Source: Candidatus Thorarchaeota archaeon (GTDB lineage Archaea > Asgardarchaeota > Heimdallarchaeia > Hodarchaeales > Hodarchaeaceae). Taken from it: 32,000 bases of DNA. The notes under the pieces are model-generated. The model ran no database searches. It was given only the letters and a program-made list of their open reading frames with translations, and was not told the DNA's origin. The stretch covers positions 30,001-62,000 of the forward strand of contig JBHLRO010000021.1 of NCBI GenBank assembly GCA_048882505.1. The letters run 5' to 3'. Positions 9,311 through 17,401 of this stretch are shown here, piece by piece (positions within the stretch are counted from its first letter, which is position 1; the number at the start of each line of letters is the position of its first letter). The translations under genes were made by a program, and so were the position numbers.

Positions 9311-9709
9311 ATGGTAATATTGAGTGAAAGAGCCCAGAAGACGATTGAAGTAGTCGAGAAAGTCTTTGATAGCAAAAATGTCAAAATACCACTATGTATT
9401 TCTATTGTTTCAGACGAAGGTTTCGAGTTGTTTTCGAGTGAGCAATGCAATCCAGATGAAATGGATATCATCCATGGATTGGGACTTGTGGCCTACGAAG
9501 AGTTAAAATCAAGTTTCCATACTCGAACGGATCAAGAGATAAATATTCTAATCTTCCGTACCAGGGAGAGAGAGTTCTATGTCGCACCGGTTGCAGCAAG
9601 TGTCTTTTTGGTGGCCTCATCAGATAAAGGAACGGTCGGCAACGTAATGCCATTTTTGGACGGACTGAGCGCTCAAGTAAAGTTTGAGCTTTCCAAACTT
9701 GAGGTTTAA
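9311..9709 (+). CDS. Roadblock/LC7 (MglB/LAMTOR-like) domain protein
   Basis: 132 aa from ATG 9311 (the ORF track extends to 9236). Pattern ISIVSDEGFELFSS - helix - ILIFRT - FYVAPV - VFLVASS - C-terminal helix fits the roadblock alpha/beta topology. Confidence 0.65.
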   Translation: MVILSERAQKTIEVVEKVFDSKNVKIPLCISIVSDEGFELFSSEQCNPDEMDIIHGLGLVAYEELKSSFHTRTDQEINILIFRTREREFYVAPVAASVFLVASSDKGTVGNVMPFLDGLSAQVKFELSKLEV

Positions 9710-9710
9710 G

Positions 9711-10580
9711 GTGATTTTTTTGGATTTTGAACATTTGCGTGTCGTCGCTGAAGAAGCAGCTCGAATGGCGGGCTCTTTTCTTCGAATGATGTCTTTTAGT
9801 GACTTAAAGATATTTCGAAAGGGCTTGAGAGGTGAGGATGTCTTCACTACCTTTGATCTGGAAAGTGAACGTCTAATTACAAACCACATTCTAATGCATT
9901 TTCCCGATCATGCAATTTACGCAGAAGAGTCGCAACGAGATTCAGAATCAAATGGCTTTACATCCATTGGTGATAAAATAGTTTGGTTTATTGATCCACT
10001 TGACGGAACAAAGGCATTTTTGAGAGGTAATTTTGCTTTTGTTTGCATGTCGATTGCAGCTTGGGATAGAAATGGTCTTCTAGCAGGTGTAGTCTATAAT
10101 CCTTTCACCGACATGATGTATTCTACTTGTCGAAGCGGTGATGTCTGGTTAAACGGATCAAGCATTCCCCCTCCAGGAACATGCAGTATATCTGAAGCTC
10201 GAATCCTTGTCGATTTTTCAGCTAGGCTACCTTTCCCTCTTAAACAGACTTTGGCTGTTGCTGATCTTGTAGGAAGTATAGGTCGTTCATACCGCTTAGG
10301 TGGGGGAATTTCCCAACATCTCATGTTGGTAGCTCAAGGTACTCTTCATGGGGGAGTTTTCTGGGGAATTGGACGAAAAGGAAAATTCTGGGACATTGCA
10401 GCTGCTGCATTAATTCTAGATCAGTTGGGCCTTCGTTTCACGAATCTTGAGGGTAAAACTCTACATCCAACTGATACTGTATTTGATCAACTCGTCGTGG
10501 CTGCGCCAGATTTGCACGAAGAGCTATTAGCTTGGGTGAGTGAACTAAAACCACTCTCAGGTCCAAAAAAACTCCATTGA
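9711..10580 (+). CDS. Inositol monophosphatase family phosphatase (FIG superfamily)
   Basis: IYAEE, WFIDPLDGTKAF and WDIAAAALI motifs. GTG 9711 is preceded by GAGGT and lies 1 nt after the roadblock stop (the ORF track starts at 9684). Confidence 0.9.
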   Translation: MIFLDFEHLRVVAEEAARMAGSFLRMMSFSDLKIFRKGLRGEDVFTTFDLESERLITNHILMHFPDHAIYAEESQRDSESNGFTSIGDKIVWFIDPLDGTKAFLRGNFAFVCMSIAAWDRNGLLAGVVYNPFTDMMYSTCRSGDVWLNGSSIPPPGTCSISEARILVDFSARLPFPLKQTLAVADLVGSIGRSYRLGGGISQHLMLVAQGTLHGGVFWGIGRKGKFWDIAAAALILDQLGLRFTNLEGKTLHPTDTVFDQLVVAAPDLHEELLAWVSELKPLSGPKKLH

Positions 10581-10617
10581 CTTAATATTGTGGGGATTTG
10601 ATAAAGAGCTCCTATGT

Positions 10618-11349
10618 TTACTTTTTGAGGGCCTCAGGTCTTAAAACAATGCCTGTAACCTCTCTTCCGCTTTCAGGATCCTCAAATGCCTGAATATAAA
10701 AATCGGGCGAGTTTGCTAGTTTTTGGTAGAGTTCTCCTCGCAGCTTATCATCCAAAGCGAAATATCTTCCAAATGTGAAAAACTGCAGTTTGAGTTCCCC
10801 TGCTGAACTCTTGAACTCATGGTAGATCCATTTCTCGACCTGATCAATTGTATCTTCCACCGTGGACAGAGATTGTAGCATAATTTTGGCCTCTTCCTCA
10901 GTGATATCTTGATATTTTTTCCTCAACCTCTCTATGATATTTTCTATGGTCAAGGATTCAGCAAAATTGGCCGATATAAACCCTCCCGCGTCTTTCTCTT
11001 CCTCAAATAATGTGAATATTCGTTTTTCAATATCCTCCAACGAAAAAGCCAGGTTCTCGATATCAATTTCAATGTGAATCTTTTGATGCCGTAGTTTCCA
11101 ATGTTTGACCTTTCGTTTTCCGTCACTAATCGCTTCCATCTCATAATACGCAAGCTTTAGCTTTTCTAGCCTATCCAAGTGATGGAGGATAGTAGGAATC
11201 GATTTGTTGAGTTCACTTGAAAGATCGGAGGCCGTTAATCCTTTAGGGGAATATTTTTTCATTAAACGGAGCATATCCATTCGGGTCTGGTCTGCTAACA
11301 CATTGAGGGCCTCAATTGCCTCATGGTTGCGTAAAAAGAAAGGATCCAC
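10618..11349 (-). CDS. ArsR/SmtB-type winged-helix transcriptional regulator with a long C-terminal extension
   Basis: ALNVLADQTRMDMLRLM...LTASDLSSELNKSIPTILHHLDRLEKLKL wHTH, followed by ~150 aa I cannot assign. Confidence 0.82.
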   Translation of the reverse strand: MDPFFLRNHEAIEALNVLADQTRMDMLRLMKKYSPKGLTASDLSSELNKSIPTILHHLDRLEKLKLAYYEMEAISDGKRKVKHWKLRHQKIHIEIDIENLAFSLEDIEKRIFTLFEEEKDAGGFISANFAESLTIENIIERLRKKYQDITEEEAKIMLQSLSTVEDTIDQVEKWIYHEFKSSAGELKLQFFTFGRYFALDDKLRGELYQKLANSPDFYIQAFEDPESGREVTGIVLRPEALKK

Positions 11350-11799
11350 GGAAGTCCGCTCCGATGATTCATTCCCTTTTTCTATTTAAAAATCAGCATC
11401 TTATGGCATAAAATACTAGTAGGCATCATCTTGTTTTGTAAAACATCTTAAATTTTCTGATTCCTGAGGCAATCACAATCTGGGATTGTTTTACTATTAG
11501 TATGATCTCCATTTACATGAGTTTCTAATAAATGTACGGGAAGAGAGGCCAAAAAGCGATCCGATGTTACAAAAAGCTGTTCTCTCACCCATCTTGACCG
11601 TAACAAATCAGATTTTGTTCATTAAATGAAAGACTTTTTCTTCAGAAGTTATCCAAGGTTTTTCTTTGTTTCCCAACTGTAATATATTCACATATTGAAG
11701 GATTTGCGGCTCCACTATGAGGGAAGGTTCAATCATGATATTAACATCTTATGACGAAATAAGAGGATATTCGGGATATCGTGGGGAAAAGGTGAGATT

Positions 11800-12051
11800 A
11801 TGCCCGAAGAGTGCCAAACCGACTTTATTGGGAATTTTAGAGTGCGGAATTTCACCCAGGAGAGCCTTGAAAATGAAAATCTACATAGTTTAGTCTCTTT
11901 TTTGGCTTCCTTAGACATCTGCAAGAGCTGCCTCGCATCAATTCCAACTCTTGAGTCGGATTTTAATTCAGAATTGAATTATAAGATTAATTTTGAAACT
12001 AAGACCTTAGATATTCGGTACGCTAAGAATTTTGTCAAAAATGCGTGGTGA
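11800..12051 (+). CDS. Small hypothetical protein (83 aa)
   Basis: AAGGTGA RBS just upstream of the ATG; its stop overlaps the GTG of the next ORF (GTGGTGA). No recognisable motif. Confidence 0.35.
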   Translation: MPEECQTDFIGNFRVRNFTQESLENENLHSLVSFLASLDICKSCLASIPTLESDFNSELNYKINFETKTLDIRYAKNFVKNAW

Positions 12052-12536
12052 TTAAGGAATATCGGGTAGAAACGAGACTATCTACCAAGAAATCTGTTTA
12101 TAGCAGGGAGCAAAATAGATATCAATTATTTCCAATGCTGTGTTACGTGGAATTTCGGTTGAATGAGAGAATTATAACTAGAGAATACCTAAAAAAGAAC
12201 CCTAATGAAATTTTCGTCTTCGGAGACAACTATCACCGTAGAGGAACAGGGGGAGCAGCAATCTTACGAGATGAACCCAATGTTTATGGCTTCATAACAA
12301 AGAAGACGCCTGGTTCTAATTCTGAAGACTATTTTACTTTGGAGGAATATCACACAGTCTTTGAACGGGAGCTTAATAAGCTCATCGAAGAAATTTTACG
12401 AAACCCGGATAAAACATATCTGATTTCGCGGATTGGGGCTGGAATCGCTAATCGTCACGGGATCTTTGAAGGAATTATCGACCCCCAAATTAAGAAAGCA
12501 CTAAAGAAATATAAAAATGTGAAATTTCTCTGGTAA
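12045..12536 (+). CDS. Macrodomain-like protein of the phage-associated A1S_2505-like family (start uncertain: GTG 12045, ATG 12135 or TTG 12159)
   Basis: IITREYLKKNPNEIFVFGDN..RRGTGGAA.LRDEPNVYGFITKK...ISRIGAGIAN. Two Gly-rich loops resemble the macrodomain GGG and IGxGI loops. Confidence 0.7.
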   Translation: MVIKEYRVETRLSTKKSVYSREQNRYQLFPMLCYVEFRLNERIITREYLKKNPNEIFVFGDNYHRRGTGGAAILRDEPNVYGFITKKTPGSNSEDYFTLEEYHTVFERELNKLIEEILRNPDKTYLISRIGAGIANRHGIFEGIIDPQIKKALKKYKNVKFLW

Positions 12537-12543
12537 GATGAAA

Positions 12544-13365
12544 CTATCCTCCTGCGGATTCAAATTTTCTTAAAGCACGACTCCACACGAGTTTTGTTAA
12601 TAGAAGTAAAACTAGAATCCAGAAAAATCCTTGGAACAGCGAAATAACGAATTCCTCGATCGTTAGCCTTCCTAATACCCATTGAGCTGGGATATAACTA
12701 ATTAGATAAAATGGAAGTATTTTAACAATTGGTTGATATGCTGAAGGGAGGAGATCTACAGGTAAAAGTTCACCTCCGAGAATTTGCATGATGGCCAAAA
12801 ATGCAGCTCGAATCGGCCATATTTGTCTAATGTAAAAGGTCGAAGCGCCAACCATTGCAAAACAGAGGAAACTTAAGATATAACCAATTCCTATTGACAA
12901 CAAAAAAGCCCCAAAGATTAAGGGATCAAACGTTATTGGCAGTGCCAAGGTAGCAATTATTATGAGGATAACTGGCAATAAGCTTGCTGCACTCAATAAT
13001 GATCTGGACAGAATTTGAGCAAAACGAAAGCTAAGATAATCCACTGGCCTGCATAGATATATGGTCATTGTTCCATCCAAATTATCATCTTGAATACCCC
13101 ACGCGATCTTGTACAGGAGAAGGGCCTCCCCAATGAATGTGACTATCAAACTATAACTTAATATTTCTTTAAGAGAGTAATTAAACGATTCTGTGGCTTG
13201 TGGGTTTGATGAATACACTATTGACCAAATGATCACTAATAGGATAAAGTTCATTGGTCCCCACGCTAAAAAACCAATGAAATCGCCCCAGTACGCTCGG
13301 AGATCAGTGAGTGACGTTCTCATAACCCTAACATATTTACTGATCACAACCACCGAGACATCCAC
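12544..13365 (-). CDS. ABC-2 family exporter permease
   Basis: About 6 TM segments; DGTMTIYLCRPVDY motif; starts directly after the stop of the upstream permease. Confidence 0.88.
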   Translation of the reverse strand: MDVSVVVISKYVRVMRTSLTDLRAYWGDFIGFLAWGPMNFILLVIIWSIVYSSNPQATESFNYSLKEILSYSLIVTFIGEALLLYKIAWGIQDDNLDGTMTIYLCRPVDYLSFRFAQILSRSLLSAASLLPVILIIIATLALPITFDPLIFGAFLLSIGIGYILSFLCFAMVGASTFYIRQIWPIRAAFLAIMQILGGELLPVDLLPSAYQPIVKILPFYLISYIPAQWVLGRLTIEEFVISLFQGFFWILVLLLLTKLVWSRALRKFESAGG

Positions 13366-14172
13366 CTAGTTAGAGGCGCTCTCATATCGCTTTATCCCTA
13401 ATCTCCAGATAAGGAGGAAAGTACCAATCCAAAATAAACAGAGAGGAACTTGAAGTACCAAAACCCAGATGGCATTATCCAAAGTGAGGCGTTCCAGCAA
13501 AATCTCAGTAGGAAAAGCACTGAGAAACGCGATTGGAAATCCTACCATAAGAAATGTAGTGATTCCTCTCGGAAGGGATGTAGCAGGTACTCTGACAAAA
13601 CTAACCTCAAGAGACTCAAAGGCCTCTTGTACAAATTCAGCTCTTCCAATCGTAAAACCAGCCAATGCGGTAACAGAACCATACAGCAAATAGAGGGTAG
13701 TCATACCGATTACTAAACTGCAAAATGCAAGGATCAGGTTTAGAATTTGGAATTGCAAATGGTAGTAAACGCTAACCAACCACATTAAGAAAATCGAAAC
13801 AAACAGGAAAGCACTTCCCCCAACCCATACGTCCTCGAAAAGAACCCCTAATAGCGGATGTCTTAGTGGCCGACATAACCACCGTTCTATGTCACCCTCT
13901 ATAATTTTATAGGGGAGCGCCCATACCCCTGTAAAGAATAATGACGCCAAACCCCATGCAAAGTATCCAAGGGCCGTGAAAATCAAAATCTCGTGAATTT
14001 GCCATGTACCAAAGCTTTGACCAGCAAGAGTAATCTGCCAAAAGATAACAAAGGTCAAAAGCATTGCTGTGCCTTCAATAAATCCGCCTAAAATCATAAA
14101 AGGATATTGATATACCATTTTATAGGACATGACAATAAAACGCCATTGAATCCTCAAAATTTTACGGATCAT
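13366..14172 (-). CDS. ABC-2 family exporter permease
   Basis: Multi-TM; IIEGDIERWLCRPL motif; start overlaps the ATPase stop (ATGA, 14172-14169). Confidence 0.88.
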   Translation of the reverse strand: MIRKILRIQWRFIVMSYKMVYQYPFMILGGFIEGTAMLLTFVIFWQITLAGQSFGTWQIHEILIFTALGYFAWGLASLFFTGVWALPYKIIEGDIERWLCRPLRHPLLGVLFEDVWVGGSAFLFVSIFLMWLVSVYYHLQFQILNLILAFCSLVIGMTTLYLLYGSVTALAGFTIGRAEFVQEAFESLEVSFVRVPATSLPRGITTFLMVGFPIAFLSAFPTEILLERLTLDNAIWVLVLQVPLCLFWIGTFLLIWRLGIKRYESASN

Positions 14173-15215
14173 GTAGGCAGCCCCTTGTCTTTGTATAATT
14201 CTTCTATAATATCTTCTAAGTCTGCATCTGCGATTTGTATGTCAAGAATCCGGTCTACTCGGGAAACAAGGTTTGGAATCAGATCATCTAGGTCTAGGGC
14301 TTCAGTATTGAATTCAATCGTGATTGAATTATCCAATCCATTAAGTGAATCGAGAGGGCCTCCTTCTTGATTAATTACTCGGGCGATGGTAGATAAACCC
14401 TTCAAATATTGGATGAGTTTTGAAATTGGTTTTTTTTCAACTCGAAACGTGAATCGCAGAAGTTTTTCCCTTTTCAATACCGTAGCTAATGTTTTGGTTG
14501 GCCCATCGTAACGGATTTGTCCTTTCAAAAGTAAAATTGCCCTAAAGCAAATCTGTTCAATATCCCGGACATTGTGTGAACACAGAACAACTGTCGTTCC
14601 ATCTTCCCTGTTCCGTTCATTGATGAATTCTCTTATTCGTCTGGCTGCCACGATATCTAAACCGATAGTAGGTTCATCTAGAAACACGACAGGGGGATTA
14701 TGAATGAGGGAAGCGACTAACTCGCAGCGCATACGTTCTCCTAACGACAATCTCCTTGGCTGTCGGTTCAGAAAAGGTTTTATTTCCAGTACATCAATGA
14801 ATTCTTCTAACCGTGTCTTAAAGGTTTGAGTATCTAAATCATAAATATCCCTATACAATCGAAACGATTCAATTACCGGAATGTGTTTCCAAAGAAGGGA
14901 TCTATGTCCAAATACAACGCCAAATCGATAAGCGGTCCGATATCGTTCATGTTGCGGATCTAGTCCGTCCACCCAAGCTTTCCCCTTATCGGTTTGGATT
15001 ATCCCGGTTAAGATCTTAATTATTGTACTTTTCCCCGCGCCATTGGGACCAAGAATGGTAACCTTTTCACCTGGTTTAATTCTGAAAGATACATCATCTA
15101 ATGCTTTTGTGTAATTATAATCCCGACGAAGGTACGCACGGAGCCGGGCAAGCGCATTGGGGTTCCCTGCCAAACGACGGTATGTTTTCTTTAGATTGCG
15201 TACCTCGACAGACAT
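14169..15215 (-). CDS. ABC transporter ATP-binding protein (COG4586-like)
   Basis: Walker A GPNGAGKST, signature LSLGERMR, Walker B VVFLDEPT and H-loop LCSH. ATG 15215 (MSVEVRNL) is preferred over 15233. Confidence 0.95.
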   Translation of the reverse strand: MSVEVRNLKKTYRRLAGNPNALARLRAYLRRDYNYTKALDDVSFRIKPGEKVTILGPNGAGKSTIIKILTGIIQTDKGKAWVDGLDPQHERYRTAYRFGVVFGHRSLLWKHIPVIESFRLYRDIYDLDTQTFKTRLEEFIDVLEIKPFLNRQPRRLSLGERMRCELVASLIHNPPVVFLDEPTIGLDIVAARRIREFINERNREDGTTVVLCSHNVRDIEQICFRAILLLKGQIRYDGPTKTLATVLKREKLLRFTFRVEKKPISKLIQYLKGLSTIARVINQEGGPLDSLNGLDNSITIEFNTEALDLDDLIPNLVSRVDRILDIQIADADLEDIIEELYKDKGLPT

Positions 15216-15333
15216 AAGACGTCCCAACAACACTTTTCATGATGATTGGTAATTGGAAAATCAATTAATATCGAAATAGGGAAGTTTTTTTAATACCTAA
15301 ATAGGATATCATTTTGGTAAACAATCCCCGTGC

Positions 15334-16041
15334 ATGGAAATGCCTCGAGAAAAGCCTAAACAGACGATTAATAGGACATTTCATGAATATTCAGAAGTAG
15401 AATGGGAGTTATTCGTTTCGTTTCAAGAAAACGCTTTGGAAATCTTGATAGAGTTGGAGAAGAATGGTTTAACTGGAGGATTTGTTCATGGAAGTGTTGC
15501 TCGGGGCGACGTAAAGGCGACGTCCGATATAGATATCTATTTACCTCTTGTAATTCCGTCCTTTTTGATAGATCTTCTCCCGACCTTCCGAAATGCAGAG
15601 CGTCGGATCATGATGGCCACTCCCAATTCCGTCATACGGGGAGTCCTCTCTCGAAATGACAATGTTTCGATCAGTTTTCCTTTGACGGTAGCGAATGAAC
15701 GAGACATAGAGTTTTTTCGGTTCTCAGGCCTTGCGAATCGGCTTCAACTTCAAAACCAACAACGTACACCAGGAGTCACGAAAAAACTTATACTAATTGA
15801 ACCTGAAGGAAATGGTTATTGGCAAACGCCGGTATTGGAGGATAAAAAAAGGGTTGGTCAGTTACTAGGTATATCTCAGCGTATGATCGACGAAAGAGTT
15901 CGAGTTCTTAAAAGAAGAGATAGAATCGGACGAACAGGGGTGTTTATAAATGTTCAAATTCAACCTGACGAGAATTATGAGCAAGCACTAAAAAAACTGA
16001 CAGATCGGAACCCAATCGTAAGACGTGCCCTTAGATCATAA
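15334..16041 (+). CDS. Predicted archaeal nucleotidyltransferase (COG2413-like)
   Basis: HGSVARGDV..SDIDI pol-beta-type motif, plus the family features MATPN, PGVTKKLILIEP, ERVRVL.RRD.IGRTGVF and DRNP.VRR. Confidence 0.88.
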   Translation: MEMPREKPKQTINRTFHEYSEVEWELFVSFQENALEILIELEKNGLTGGFVHGSVARGDVKATSDIDIYLPLVIPSFLIDLLPTFRNAERRIMMATPNSVIRGVLSRNDNVSISFPLTVANERDIEFFRFSGLANRLQLQNQQRTPGVTKKLILIEPEGNGYWQTPVLEDKKRVGQLLGISQRMIDERVRVLKRRDRIGRTGVFINVQIQPDENYEQALKKLTDRNPIVRRALRS

Positions 16042-16046
16042 ACAAA

Positions 16047-16445
16047 TCAGGACCCTGTGACTTTATGGGGTTTAATCTTGTATATGATACGTTGTTCACT
16101 AGGAGATAGATTTTGATATTTGGGTGTTCCCATGTATTTTTTGGCGAGTGCATTAATGTGAGCAACCGCCCCTTCAATCGTCCATTCAGTAACCTCTCCT
16201 CGAACCAACAGCCTAAAATATGGATTATCTGGATCAAGAATAGAAAGGGCTACTCGGGGATCACGCTTCATATTCCGGTCTTTTTGCCGGCCTACCGCCG
16301 TATTGATCCAAATCAGGCCACTATCAAAACTAAGCCAGACGGGGGAAACCTGTGGAGACCCATTGGGCATTATTGTGGAAAGATGAGCAAATACCTTCTT
16401 GTTTAGGAGTGGTTCAAACGGTTCGAGCAAATTCCTTGAGGACAT
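16047..16445 (-). CDS. PPOX-class, probable F420-dependent oxidoreductase (split beta-barrel)
   Basis: AHLSTIMPNGSPQVSPVW, GRQKDRNMKRDPRVALSI and ALAKKYMG motifs typical of the Rv1155-like family. Confidence 0.88.
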   Translation of the reverse strand: MSSRNLLEPFEPLLNKKVFAHLSTIMPNGSPQVSPVWLSFDSGLIWINTAVGRQKDRNMKRDPRVALSILDPDNPYFRLLVRGEVTEWTIEGAVAHINALAKKYMGTPKYQNLSPSEQRIIYKIKPHKVTGS

Positions 16446-16508
16446 CTTTAATTACCTATTTGGTCTTCTGTTACTTGCTGTTTTAAAGCGTTATATTCCG
16501 AAGACAGC

Positions 16509-17387
16509 ATGAATAGTTATGAAATCCGTAATATGTTAAAGAGGAATCTAATGCTTCCTAGCAAAGAAATCGATAGACGATATCTACTGAGAAATTTTGA
16601 TGGCCAGAAGGTTTTCATTATTTCTGATCTCCATCTAGGCTTCGAGGAGGAGTGGACGGAAAAAGGATTAAATACGCGTCCCCCCAGTTGGACATATTCT
16701 GTGATCGATACCTTATATGCTGATTTAATCCAAGCTAAACCGGACTTAATCCTAATTCTTGGCGATTTTGAACACAGTTTCCCTCATTTTAGGAAAAAAA
16801 AAGGCTGGGTATCAAACAAATGGCAGAATGAACGGATCCTGGAATATCTCCTGGAAAAGATTAAGTCTTTGGCATTTTTAAAGAAAATTATGTTGATAAG
16901 AGGGAACCAAGATACTATCCTCTTAAAGTCCCTAGAACCTCATCTGGATTTGATTCCCTCCAAAGGTGCAGCTCTATTCGACAATGAACTGGGTGCTTTT
17001 CATGGCCATGTGGCTCCCGATCCTAAGATCTTATTTACCTCAGAAATCGTTCTGGGTCATATTCATCCTTCTATTGAATTAACAGATGAATTAGGAATTA
17101 ACCATAAACTTCCAGTATTTGCCAAGCTGACTCTTCCACGGGAAGAACTTCTTAACATCTTTAAATTTCCTGTTGACTTGGAGGATGACGTGGGTTTAAT
17201 CGATACTGTTCAGATAACTATTTTACCCGCATACAATCCGTTTTTGGGCGGATTTACATTAAATAAACCGAAAAAACGAGTATCTACCAGACCTTCGTTT
17301 CCCGTTCTCCGCCAGGTTTTAGAGCACCCCAATTTACGCGTCCAAATGACAAATGGGATTGATTTAGGCGAGCTCCATAATTTTTAG
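16509..17387 (+). CDS. Calcineurin-like metallophosphoesterase (COG1407/ICC-like, Lhr-associated type)
   Basis: ISDLHLGFE, LGDFEH, IRGNQD, FHGH, LGHIHP and LPAYNP motifs. Confidence 0.88.
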   Translation: MNSYEIRNMLKRNLMLPSKEIDRRYLLRNFDGQKVFIISDLHLGFEEEWTEKGLNTRPPSWTYSVIDTLYADLIQAKPDLILILGDFEHSFPHFRKKKGWVSNKWQNERILEYLLEKIKSLAFLKKIMLIRGNQDTILLKSLEPHLDLIPSKGAALFDNELGAFHGHVAPDPKILFTSEIVLGHIHPSIELTDELGINHKLPVFAKLTLPREELLNIFKFPVDLEDDVGLIDTVQITILPAYNPFLGGFTLNKPKKRVSTRPSFPVLRQVLEHPNLRVQMTNGIDLGELHNF

Positions 17388-17401
17388 TGGGAAGCCTGCA
17401 A

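Noticed and set aside
11400-11924. Short ORFs (63 aa on minus; 58 aa from ATG 11717 on plus) as IS or phage remnants
   Set aside because: No transposase or integrase motifs, terminal inverted repeats or target-site duplications were found.
15334-16041. Nucleotidyltransferase as an MNT-HEPN antitoxin or a CBASS/CD-NTase defence gene
   Set aside because: It matches the conserved archaeal COG2413 type along its whole length, and there is no HEPN or effector gene adjacent.
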